Notes under the pieces: model-generated
Seen by the model: the letters and a program-made list of their open reading frames with translations, nothing else
The model's database searches: none
Told to the model about the DNA's origin: nothing
Shown: piece by piece, positions 34,401 through 46,303 of the stretch
Layout: each line of letters opens with the position of its first letter
How positions within the stretch are numbered: the stretch's first letter is position 1
DNA from: Leucoraja erinacea
Lineage: Eukaryota
Assembly: GCF_028641065.1 (NCBI RefSeq)
Contig: NW_026575268.1
Coordinates: forward strand, 1 to 57,745
Length of the DNA stretch: 57,745 bases
Direction: 5' to 3'
Position numbers and translations under genes: made by a program

Positions 34401-35140
34401 AATCCCTCAGGATAAAAGTTTTGTTGCCAGTGATCTGGCGTTCACCAAACCAATCCTAGAAGGGGATGGACTCTGTAGGTCGGCGGGTCGGGGAGCCCGG
34501 AGCAGTGTCCGCAGGTTCCGGAGATTCACCCCGTGATGGCGGGGCCGAGGAGGGTAGGGGGGGCGAGGCCGGTCCCGCCGCAACCTCTGATCGTACGAAG
34601 GGGGGGAGGGGGAGAAAAGATCAACCCGCAGGAGCCGGCACACCTGGTGGTCCCCTCCGAGGCGGCGTGTCCGGCCAGTTCTCCGGGCTGCAGCAGGCAG
34701 ACAGCGCTCTGGATCTCCCGGGAGGAGATGGTCCGGTGGCAGCTGAAGAGCACCAGGTTGGAGACCCCGGAGGCAATGCCCACGAAGATGTCGCTGACAA
34801 AGGAGCTGCTGACGCCCATGGCCCCGGAGGAGAAGCCCACGTCCGGGCGCGCCCAATTTAAACCTCACCAGTTGACCGCTGCGTTTTTCACGGCGACGGC
34901 GACGCTTCCTTCGGGGCAAGGCCCAGTCCAGGTGAGTCGGGATTCCCGAGATTCCCGAAAGGAACGGGGGCAAGGTATTATGTCCGCGATAATCAAACGC
35001 ACCGACATTATGTTAAAGATCTAAGAGAGATTGACGATCGTACACCAGCAGAGACTTTAACTGTATAGTGCCAAGGGAAAACACCAAAAACAGTGAGAGC
35101 AACAGACGGGCAGCCACACACACCGGCGCCATCTTGAGGG
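31471..35140 (-). mobile_element. Near-full-length single-ORF L2 LINE (frameshifted) with captured H2B fragment
   Basis: 5' CAAGATGGCG; GLVNARSL, VTETW, GDFNIH, LDLSAAFDT, GVPQGSILGP, YADD, FITSRLDYCN, GDRAFSVAAP; L2 3' end TGTACAGCACTTTG...AAATAAAG-(TTA)n. Confidence 0.93.
34649..34849 (-). pseudogene. H2B: H2B histone-fold fragment embedded in the L2 N-terminal linker
   Basis: RPDVGFSSGAMGVSSSFVSDIF...[28 protein letters not shown] aligns without gaps to H2B HPDTG...VSEGT, 41/67 identical by manual count. Confidence 0.92.
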
Positions 35141-35740
35141 ACTATCTATAGTCTATATAGATCATTGTATCCTCCTTATGTACCCTTCACAAAGTACTTT
35201 CCTAACTCTCTTTATATTATCAGTAATTCAGTTATCAAAACTTTGGTTGTCAGAGAAGTCATTCACATTAATTGTAAGAAGTTTGGGCCTGGGCATTAAT
35301 CACTGTGACATACCACTAATGTCAGTGGGCAACCAGAGAAAGATTAATTCATGTCCACTCGCTTCTGTTCACACCCACGTTATCTCCCAATCTCTGAACT
35401 TTTATTTTCCACAATAACCTTTGATCTGGCATCTCATCAAATGCCTGCTGAGTACACCCACTGCTGCCTCATGAATGACAATACATGTTGCTTATCAAAG
35501 AATTGATGAAGTTGATCAAACGTGTACATGTATTGCCTTTCAGAAAACCTAGGAAACATTGTCCTCCTTCATTATCTTAAGGGGGGAAACCTTCTCCTAA
35601 TCTAAGCTTGGTTATTTAAAAAAAAAAACAAGGCACCCATCTACTCACCAGGCGCTTCTTGTACACCACTGGGATGAAGAGAAGATGACCCAATCACCTG
35701 TCAGTGTCAGCTCCAATATGGGGTTTGTAAACAATTCCCT

Positions 35741-37100
35741 TGGTTCTCAGAGACCAGCAGAGGAGGACGAAGGGCTTGATTAGGAAAGGAAAAATGGATT
35801 ATGAAAGAAAACTGGCAGGGAACATAAAAACTGACTGCAAAAGTTTTTATAGATATGTAAAAAGAAAGAGATTAGTTACAACAAATGTATGTCCCTTGCA
35901 GTCAGAAACAGGTGAGTTGATCATGGGGAACCAGGATATGGCGGACCAATTGAATAACTACTTTGGTTCCGTCTTCACTAAGGAAGACATAAATAATCTG
36001 CCGGAAATAGCAGGGGCCCTCGGGTCAAAGGAGTTGGAGGAATTGAGTGAAATCCAGGTTAGTCGGGAAGTGGTGTTGGGTAAATTGAATGGATTAAAGG
36101 CCGATAAATCCCCAGGGCCAGATAGGCTGCATCCCAGAGTACTTAAGGAAGTAGCTCCAGAAATAGTGGATGCATTAGTAATAATCTTTCAAAACTCTTT
36201 AGATTCTGGAGTAGTTCCAGAGGATTGGCGGGTAGCAAACGTAACCCCACGTTTTAAGAAGGGAGGGAGGGAGAAAACGGGGAATTACAGACCAGTTAGT
36301 CTAACATCGGTAGTGGGGAAACTGCTAGAGTCAGTTATTAAAGATGGGATAGCAACACATTTGGAAAGTGGTGAAATCATTGGACAAAGTCAGCATGGAT
36401 TTACGAAAGGTAAATCATGTCTGACGAATCTTATAGAATTTTTCGAGGATGTAACTAGTAGCGTGGATAGGGGAGAACCAGTGGATGTGGTGTATCTGGA
36501 CTTCCAGAAGGCTTTCAACAAGGTCCCACATAAGAGATTAGTATACAAACCTAAAGCACACGGCATTGGGAGTTCAGTATTGATGTGGATAGAGAACTGG
36601 CTGGCAAACAGGAAGCAAAGAGTAGGAGTAAACGGGTCCTTTTCACAATGGCAGGCAGTGACTAGTGGGGTACCGCAGGGCTCAGTACTGGGACCCCAGA
36701 TATTTACAATATATATTAATAATCTGGATGAGGGAATTGAAGGCAATATCTCCAAGTTTGCGGATGACACTAAGCTGGGGGGCAGTGTTAGGTGTGAGGA
36801 GGATGCTAGGAGACTGCAAGGTGACTTGGATAGGCTGGGTGAGTGGGCAAATGTTTGGCAGATGCAGTATATTGTGGATAAATGTGAGGTTATCCATTTT
36901 GGTGGCAAAAAACGGGAAAGCAGACTATTATCTAAATGGTGGCCGATTGGGAAAGGGGGAGATGCAGCGAGACCTGGGTGTCATGGTACACCAGTCATTG
37001 AAGGCAGGCATGCAGGTGCAGCAGCCATGATCATATTGAATGGCGGTGCAGGCTCGAAGGGCCGAATGGCCTACTCCTACACCTAATTTCTATGTTTCTA
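35741..37100 (+). mobile_element. CR1 LINE ORF2 fragment with internal deletion at about 37024
   Basis: 448-aa ORF with RT (KFADDTKLGG); jumps to the 3' UTR at a CAGC microhomology; TTTCTATG tail. Confidence 0.92.
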
Positions 37101-37442
37101 TTATTTTCCAACGATCAATAGATTTACGATCAGTTCCTGTGGATTGGAGGATAGCTAATGCTATGCCACTTTTCAAGAAAGGAGCGAGAGAGAAAACGGG
37201 GAATTACAGACCAGTTAGCCCGACTTTGGTGGTGTGAAAGATGCTGGAGTCAATTATTAAAGGTGTAATAATGGGGCATTTGGATAGCAGTAAAAGGATT
37301 AGTCCAAGTCAACATGGATTTATGATTTTACAATGCATTTAAGCCTCTCCCATTTTTATGAGATGCATTCCTGGAATATGTAGGAAGTTTATTGTAACCT
37401 AGTGCTACTTGCCTGAACAATGGATGATATATCACTTACAAG

Positions 37443-38135
37443 AAGATACAAGATACATTTAATTGTCATTTGGACCCCTTGAGGTCCAAACGAAATGCCG
37501 TTTCTGCAGCCATACATTACAAACACATAAACCCAAGACACAACATAATTTACATAAACATCCATCACATCGCTGTGATGGAAGGCCTAATAAACTTATC
37601 TCTCCACTGCACTCTCCCCCCCCCGATGTCAGAGTCAAAGTCAAAGCCCCCGGCTGGCGATGGCGATTGTCCCGCGGCCATTAAAGCCACGCCGGGTGGT
37701 GCGAGGTCGCACACCGGGTCTTGGTGTTAGAGCCCCTGTGTGCGTTCGCAGAGTCCCGCGGCCATTCCAAGCCGCGCGGGGCAGTGATGTTAGGCCCCGC
37801 TCCAGGAGCTCTTCAACCCCGCAACTCGGGCGGGGGAAGTCGCCGTTGCGAGAGCCCTGAAAAGCGGTCTCCCTCTAGGGAGCCGCGGGCTACCGGTGCC
37901 GCCATCCACAGACCTGCCGTTGCAGCCTCCGACTCTCCGGTAGCAGCAGCAGCAGCAGCGCTCCTCCACCGCTCCACCCGCTCCGGACTCGGCCAGCCCC
38001 GCGACGGCGACGGTGAGTCGTAGCACCAGAGTCCCCGGCTTCTTTCTGTTGGAGGCCGCTCCTCGTTGCGGCCCCAACGACAACGGAAACCCGACGAGAA
38101 AGATCGGGTCTCCAGTGCAGGGAGAGATTTAAAAA
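37443..38135 (-). mobile_element. GC-rich Rex-tailed retroelement (copy 2, 5'-truncated)
   Basis: Collinear with 30233-30945; (GTATCTT)n tail. Confidence 0.8.
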
Positions 38136-38274
38136 CTTAAATGCAATTGTTTTCAGTTGTGTGGAGAGACCTGTATATTGAAAATGCTTTTGGCCTCTAA
38201 TATGTCAATTTACCTTAAATGTAGAAGAGCTTATTAAAATCTTCTTACAAAGACCATTACTCTCACAAAGAGGT

Positions 38275-38450
38275 AAGGGAGGGAGAGATGGAAGGGAGGG
38301 AGAGAGGGAAGGGAGGGAGAGATCGAGAAGAGAGAGAGAGAGAGAGATCGAGAGAAGAGCGAGAGATCGAGAGGAGGGGAGAGAGGAGAAGAGAGAAGAG
38401 GGAGAAGGAGAGAGGGAGAAGGGGGGAGGGAGAAGGGGGAGAGGGAGAGT
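38275..38450. repeat. GA-rich polypurine tract
   Basis: (GA)n and GGA low-complexity sequence. Confidence 0.9.
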
Positions 38451-38546
38451 GGAACGATAGCACATTATAACGCGCAGCCGTCCCATTCCGACCAAAGATT
38501 ATAGAGCAGAGCTCCGCTGCCTTTGTCCCTCCAACCGGCCTCATCA

Positions 38547-40487
38547 ATACAATACAATACAATATTTATTACATGTCAATTGAACCTCAGTGAGGCTCAA
38601 ACGAAACTCCGTTTCCACAGCCATACAAACAAAGACAATTTCCTACAGACATACACACAATTCAATTTACAGAAACATCCATCACAGTGAACCTCCTCCT
38701 CACTGTGATGGAAGGCAAAGTCTTTTCTCTCCCCTGTTCTCCATTTTTCTCCCGATGTCGAAGCCCCAGGCGGGCGATGATAAGTCCCACGGCCATTTTA
38801 GGCCGTGCCGGGCGATGTACGGCCCCGCTCCCGGTCTAAATGTCACAAAGTTGGAGCCCCCGGCGGGCGCTGGAATATCCCGCGGCCATCAAGCCGCGCC
38901 GGGCGATGTACGGCCCCGTTCCAACCCCGCGACACGGGCTGGAGAAGTTGCGTTGCGGGAGCTCCGGAAAGCGGTCTCCACCCGGACCCGCGAGCTCCCG
39001 ATATCCCGACAGTCCACAGAAGCTGCATTGCTGGAGCCTCCGAGATCCAGAGTCGGGCCGCAGCAGCGAGTCACCACCGCTCCCCACGCTCCGAGGTCGG
39101 CCGGATGGTAAGTCCTCTGCTCCGCAGGTTCAAGCACAAGGCATTGGGGGTTCAGTATTGATGTGGATAGAGAACTGGCTGGCAAACAGGAAGCAAAGAG
39201 TAGGAGTAAACGGGTCCTTTTCACAATGGCAGGCAGTGACTAGTGGGGTACCCCAAGGCTCAGTACTGGGACCCCAGCTATTTACAATATATATTAATGA
39301 TCTGGATGAGGGAATTGAAGGCAATATCTCCAAGTTTGCAGATGACACTAAGCTGGGGGGCAGTGTTAGCTGTGAGGAGGATGCTAGGAGACTGCAGGGT
39401 GACTTGGATAGGCTGGGTGAGTGGGCAAATGTTTGGCAGATGCAGTATAATGTGGATAAATGTGAGGTTATCCATTTTGGTGGCAAAAATAGGAAAGCAG
39501 ACTATTATCTAAATGGTGGCCGATTGGGAAAGGGGGAGATGCAGCGAGACCTGGGTGTCATGGTACACCAGTCATTGAAGGTAGGCATGCAGGTGCAGCA
39601 GGCAGTAAAGAAAGCGAATGGTATGTTAGCTTTCATTGCAAAAGGATTTGAGTATAGGAGCAGAGAGGTTCTACTGCAGTTGTACAGGGTCTTGGTGAGA
39701 CCACACCTGGAGTATTGCGTACAGTTTTGGTCTCCAAATCTGAGGAAGGACATTATTGCCATAGAGGGAGTGCAGAGACGGTTCACCAGACTGCTCCTGG
39801 GATGTCAGGACTGTCTTATGAAGAAAGACTGGATAGACTTGGTTTATACTCTCTAGAATTTAGAAGATTGAGAGGGGATCTTATAGAAACTTACAAAATT
39901 CTTAAGGGGTTGGACAGGCTAGATGCAGGAAGATTGTTCCCGGTTAGGGAAGTCCAGGACAAGGGGTCACAGCTTAAGGATAAAGGGGAAATCCTTTAAA
40001 ACCGAGATGAGAAGAACTTTTTTCACGCAGAGAGTGGTGAATCTCTGGAACTCTCTGCCACAGAGGGTAGTTGAGGCCAGTTGATTGGCTATATTTAAGA
40101 GGGAGTTAGATGTGGCCCTTGTGGCTAAGGGGATCAGGGGGTATGGAGAGAAGGCAGGTACAGGATACTGAGTTGGATGATCAGACATGATCATATTGAA
40201 TGGCGGTGCAGGCTCGAAGGGCCGAATGGCCTACTCCTGCACCTAATTTCTATGCTTCTATGTTCCGGCTGGAGGCCGCTCCACGGTGCTCGGCCCCAAC
40301 TACAACGGAGACCCGACAGGGAAAAGGTCGGGTCTCCCGTGCAGGGAAGAGATTTGTTTTAAGTTTCCCCCTCCCCCCACATATACAGTTAAAAACACTA
40401 TTAAAAATACGAACTACATTTAACTAGACAAAAAATAAAAAAAAGACAGACAGGGTGTGGTCGACAGGTGAGTCGCGCCGCCCGCCG
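38547..40487 (-). mobile_element. GC-rich Rex-tailed retroelement (copy 3, divergent subfamily), interrupted by CR1
   Basis: (TATTG)n tail; ATCA duplication at 38543-38546 and 40488-40491; empty paralogous site CTCATCATTATGG at 3631-3643. Confidence 0.8.
39132..40262 (+). mobile_element. CR1 LINE 3' fragment nested in copy 3
   Basis: [26 protein letters not shown]; CR1 tail. Confidence 0.92.
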
Positions 40488-40822
40488 ATCATTATGGAGA
40501 TGGTGTAACTCAGTGTCTGTGGAAGGACTGATCAGCGACTGAGGTGCGCGCGTGGAAAGTGCGTAATAAAGGCGTTTGTTGTCCTTGAACCCGGAGCGCG
40601 TGAGAAAAGGGGGCGCAGAGCGAACAGGGGCTGGTCGTGTACACACCATTATGAGCCGTGTTGGCATTTACATCGAAACCAGTTACACTTGAATGACTGA
40701 AGTCAGACTCCACTCAGCAGCAGTCTCTGCGGCATCAATTCAGATAAAACCCCGCAGAAAGAAGAGAACATTGATGTAAAAGGACATTAGAAAGCCCCAG
40801 CTCTTTCTTCTGCCGGATTAGT

Positions 40823-40838
40823 GGCTCTTAAAAGAGCC
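40823..40838 (-). promoter_or_regulatory. Histone 3' stem-loop of H3 (unit B)
   Basis: GGCTCTTTTAAGAGCC; HDE GAAAGAGCTG at 40798-40807. Confidence 0.95.
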
Positions 40839-40864
40839 GTTTGTTGTTGGTGGAGAGGTGGAGT

Positions 40865-41281
<417 letters not shown>

Positions 41282-41950
41282 TCAACAGTGGGAGCACAGT
41301 GTGAAATACAGGGACTGAATGACGGAGCCGGCTCTGGGACCCGCTTTTAAAGCGTTGGTGAAGGGCCGGCCCACAGTCTCTGAATGGATGGAGCAGAGAT
41401 GTCACTCACGGTGTCCCATCCCTGCGAGTGGCTGCAGGTTTGTCAGCACCAGGCGGCTGTTTCAGAAGGTCTGAGGCCGGCCGGGTGGGGTGGGGGGAAG
41501 CTCGGCCAACCAGAGAGCACGGACTGCAGTATTATTGGTTGTGGGTTGAATTTCAAATTGAATTCAGTTTCTGTGAACTTAATATCAAATCCACTTTAAC
41601 TTCTCGCTTAAATCATGACTGAATATGCGGCGCGGATTTACAGACCGGATCCCTGTGCAGACGGAATTCAGCTCTGCTCGTGACTGGAAATAAGCGACTG
41701 TTACCCAGGGAACGGTTTGGAGTTGACCCTCCTGTTGCTGCATTAATCATGAGGTATATCGGTAAAAGGGAAACTGACATCGCCTTGTCTTGTTTATGAT
41801 CTTTTACTGTCGGCTTTGCATTCTAATGACCGCGGAGATAAAGTTAAAAACTGTTATGTTCAGTGGTGGAATAACCAGTTTAATAAAACACATTTCAATC
41901 TGCATCTACTCGAATGACCTAGACTCGGCTCTTTCTGTGAGGCTGTGGGC

Positions 41951-41966
41951 GGCTCTTAGAAGAGCC
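41951..41966 (-). promoter_or_regulatory. Histone 3' stem-loop of H4 (unit B)
   Basis: GGCTCTTCTAAGAGCC then GCCCA; HDE AGAAAGAGC. Confidence 0.95.
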
Positions 41967-41999
41967 TTTGTTTTGTGTTGGAATAAAGGGGGTAGTTAT

Positions 42000-42320
<321 letters not shown>

Positions 42321-43004
42321 TCACTCGAGTCGCTGCTCAGTGATAATCTAACTGGTGCTGTCTCTTTTTATACGCAGCGCCCCGACCTGCCCGAGATACG
42401 CAGAGAGTGAGAGGCGGGGAGAGGAGGAGACAAAGTGACAGACAGCTTCCTCTCATATTCCAGCTCCACGCCCCAGATTCCTGAAAACATTTTTCAAACG
42501 GTTTGCCCACAAACCACCCGAAATTTAGCGCTCCGGCCAAACTTTCAGACAGACATTCCGTGGTAAAAGTCAGTCAGTGATATTACCGCTGTCAAATTAA
42601 TTTGTCTCCTTCCGGTTCATCCCCGGAGCCCGTTCCCTCTGCCGATATCGCCCACCCCACAGCGTTCAGCAGCTTTTAACACGGTTGAGTTGGCAATATT
42701 ACTGAGTTGATGCATGGGCTCTGAGGCGGGGATTTTGTCAGTGTTATTGTCTCACTGACAAGGAAACGGCTTTGAACTCAGCTTGAAGCCAAACGTATGC
42801 CCAGTCCGAGTGAGGTTTAGCCCGGACATACCATTTAGTTGTATTCCATATACTGGATACCGGGGGGAGGGGTGGGGGGTGCAGCGAATGTCAGCGAGTT
42901 ACAAGGAACCCCCGGTAATTTAAACGAGTCCCCACTGGCACTGAGCTTGTCTTGGGACAGGGATCGCTTGAGTCTGGATCAGCTCTTTCCTGAGAGATGT
43001 GGGT

Positions 43005-43020
43005 GGCTCTGAGAAGAGCC
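43005..43020 (-). promoter_or_regulatory. Histone 3' stem-loop of H1 (unit B)
   Basis: GGCTCTTCTCAGAGCC then ACCCA; HDE GGAAAGAGCTGA at 42979-42990. Confidence 0.95.
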
Positions 43021-43056
43021 GTTGGGTTCAGGTGTTTACAATGTGCGCTTTATAAT

Positions 43057-43707
43057 TCACTTTTTGGTCATTGCCCTCTTGGGTTTCGCCGATTTGGTCT
43101 TCGCCTGGCCTTTTACCGGCTTCTTGGCCGCCTTCGCCTTTTTGACTAGGGCCTTTTTTTGTTTTTTCGGCGCCGCCTTCTTGGGCGATGATTTCTTCGC
43201 CGCCATTTGTTTAAGCGCTGGTTTCTTGGCCACAACTTTCTTGGCGGGAGGTTTCGATGATCTTTTGGTGGTAGATTTTTTTGCCAGTAATTTCTTGGTC
43301 GGGGTTTTCCTGGACGTTGATTTCTTGTTCTTGGATGTTTTGGCTGCAGGAACCGCTTTCTTTGCCGACTTCACGGCGCCTTCTCCCTGACCGGTCTTGA
43401 AAGAACCCGAGGCGCCCACGCCCTTGAGCTGAACCAGGGAACCGTTTGCTAATTTCCTCTTGATGCCCGTCTTGATCAGGTGGCGGCACTTCTCCACATC
43501 CACACCCTTGGCGGCCAGTCCCTTCTTTATCGCATAGAAAGACATCCCTCGGCGATCGTGGCAATCCGCCACAATGTTGTCGATCTGGTCGCCCAGCTTC
43601 GGACCGGCTGCCTTCTTCCGGGCGGGCGCTTTCTTCTTCTTGGGAGCCTTGGTTTGGGCGGCGGGGACGGCTTGAGGAGCCGCTTCAGCGGCTGCGGTCT
43701 CGGTCAT
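43057..43707 (-). CDS. H1: Linker histone H1 (216 aa)
   Basis: Globular domain with intact KGVGASGSFK wing; K/A-rich tail with TPTK and SPKK. Confidence 0.96.
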   Translation of the reverse strand: MTETAAAEAAPQAVPAAQTKAPKKKKAPARKKAAGPKLGDQIDNIVADCHDRRGMSFYAIKKGLAAKGVDVEKCRHLIKTGIKRKLANGSLVQLKGVGASGSFKTGQGEGAVKSAKKAVPAAKTSKNKKSTSRKTPTKKLLAKKSTTKRSSKPPAKKVVAKKPALKQMAAKKSSPKKAAPKKQKKALVKKAKAAKKPVKGQAKTKSAKPKRAMTKK

Positions 43708-43850
43708 GTCGGTGACTCAGCACAAACTCTCTCTGACACTCAGGACTGAGTGAGAAATGAAGCGAGAGGCGGCGGCACAGCGCAACTTAAAGGCAGCGAG
43801 CGGACGGGGCGGAGACATCCTGCTCTCAGATCACGGCCCCTGCGCCTCGC

Positions 43851-44210
43851 TGTGTTTCTCTGTCCTCAAAAACTCTCCGATTCCAATTAAAATCAGATAG
43901 CTCGGAGACCTAAATTACCTCGGTACATCTCTGAGACCGGAATGTTTATTGTCCAGTAGATTTGATAGGAATTAAAGGCAGCGCTTTCCATTTCGCCCGG
44001 TTTCACTGCTGCACTGAGGGCGTTCTCTGCCCCGATCGCTGACATGCTCGCTGCTTATCGTCAGAAATATCGAAACCAACGTAAACTATCCGGTTAATTC
44101 CAACTTCAGGACTGAGCTGGGAAGTGGGGCGATCGCGTGCCACTGATAGCTTTACATTTTTTACCAGTGGGGCTGGGAAATCCGGCAAAGTGTTCGGACC
44201 CACAAACACA
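43851..44210 (-). promoter_or_regulatory. H1 AC box (43851-43857) and upstream TG box (44204-44210), unit B
   Basis: AAACACA and TGTGTTT on the coding strand, 353 bp apart. Confidence 0.75.
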
Positions 44211-44667
44211 TTGACATCAGTCTGAGCCGCCCGCCCCTTCAACACACTCTCTGACACAATGTTCACATCTACACATTCACAGCTCAGACAGGTGGCCCGT
44301 TGCACAGTTCCCAGGGTGGAATTACCTCGACGATCGACCCGTGCTGTGGATTCTCGGGGGTTACGTGTAGTTTCCCAGCTCAGTAACTGTTAAACTCGCT
44401 GACTCCGCCGCTCCTCAGAGTCTCTGATCCCTGGAATCGGATTCGTCTCTTTCATACATGAGCGACCCTCTATTTTAAACAGTTCAACACCCGACACAGA
44501 CTCCAGTTGTGGTATCAATTCACTGTATGTCTGAAATATAATTTATTTACATGTTTTTTATTAAAACTGATATAATTATGGTCACTGGCTCCCCACTGAC
44601 ACTTCAGTCACTTGGTCTGCCTGATTTACCAATAGGAGGCCCAGTGTCGCCTCCTCTCTGTCAGGCC

Positions 44668-45602
44668 CAAAGATCTTATAGCGGAGCAAGATAGGCTACT
44701 GCTGCTAAATGCAATGGACTGACGTGTAGTACGCTATGGAGGGGATCATGGGCATTTTTCCACGCCCATTTTAGCAACCTGAGCCTACCTAACCCGACCC
44801 GACTCGCACTGTAATCAATGTTGCGGGGCAACAGTTTGTGTGGGTCAGATTCATAAATCTGTCAGTTCAAACTTCTTGTCAAGAATAAAATTTGATTCTG
44901 GTCATTGTCTTTTTTAATGTTTTTTAAATCATTTCTTTTTAAATGGCTCACAAGCAGTGTTTGAGTTGATTTTGTAGTAACCGGAACCGACCCGACTCGC
45001 AGGGTGATTGACAGGGGGGGACTTTTTGTGCGTGATTATAGGGTTAGATTCATGATTCAATTAGTTCATAATTCTGTTGATTCTTGTTAAGGAATAAAAT
45101 GTTTATAAACACACATACATGAAAATTATATAAATGTATATAACACACACAATTATATTTCTTCTAAACCAATAATGAACTTTATTTCAGACTAGACAAG
45201 GGACATTAAATAAGAAACATTGTAAATAAGAAACATTGTCTTGGGGCACTCTCTCTCCCCGCTGCCCCGGGCCCCGCACACTCTCTCCCCGCTGCCCCGG
45301 GCCCCGCACTCCTTCTCCCCTGCTGCCCCGCACTCTCTCTCCCCGCACTCCTTCTCCCCGCTGCCCCGGGCCCCGCACTCTCTCTCCCCGCTGCCCCGGG
45401 CCTTGCACTCCTTCTCCCCGCTGCGGATCCAATCTTTGGCCGGAAGCAAGAAGGCGGGAGCAAGAAAGCGGAGCAAAATGGCGGAACAAGATGGCGGAGT
45501 CAGCTTGCTAAAATGTGTCCTGTAATCACCCATGAAACCGCCCATGAGCGTACCTCACGTTTGCGTGAGAGTAACCTATCTTGCTTCGCTCTAAGATCTT
45601 TG
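44668..45602. mobile_element. Non-autonomous P-element-like TIR transposon (MITE copy 2)
   Basis: ~33-bp TIRs; 8-bp TSD GTCAGGCC at 44660-44667 and 45603-45610; empty paralogous site CTCTGTCAAGCCCTTCCACA at 7046-7065. Confidence 0.93.
45246..45423. repeat. ~30-bp GC-rich tandem repeat inside MITE copy 2
   Basis: GCACTCTCTCTCCCCGCTGCCCCGGGCCCC units; single unit in MITE copy 1 at about 26595. Confidence 0.9.
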
Positions 45603-46303
45603 GTCAGGCCCTTCCACATACACTGTATTACTTGAGAAATGGTTCCTGGAGGTATTTAACAAATTCCACCCCGTCCACATAGCCTCGAATCTATGGCAGA
45701 CCCAGTCAGTGTAATGGAAGTTGAAATCACCTACCTGTTATACATACAGCCTTCTGCAACCTCACTCCCTTACATCAGGTAACCTGTTAAGTTCACTAAT
45801 TCTGTCTGCGTCTGCATGCGAGAATCATGCACCAGAACCCCAAGATCTGTGTGAACCTCAGGCCTTTGTCATCTCTTGGTTTTTGGAGTAGATTTATTAT
45901 TGTCAAATGTAGCAATGTACAGTGACAAAGTTTATTTTGCATGTAATGCTGGGAGATCGTTCACTCATACAGTACATTAGTGCAAAAATAAAATTAAGTG
46001 CAAGGGGCCACACCGAGGTGAATTGGAAGATTGGAAACATATGAAAGGTGTCAACAGTCTGATAACAGCGGGCAAATAGCTGTTCTTGAATCTGTTGTTA
46101 CGTGATTTGAAACTGTCATATTTTCTACCTGACAGCAGAAGAGAGGAAATAGAATGACCAGGTTGTGAGTGGTTTTTGGATTATGTTGGGTGCTTTCCTG
46201 AGGTAGCATGAGCTGTAGAGCTGTAGATTAAGTTGATGGAGCAGGCTGGTTTGTGTTGGACTGGACCGTTTCAACAACTCTTTGCATTTTTTGCGATGCC
46301 GGA

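Noticed and set aside
43250-43275. CAAAAGATCAT in the H1 (unit B) tail as another transposon footprint
   Set aside because: No 8-bp target duplication; explained by K/R/S codons
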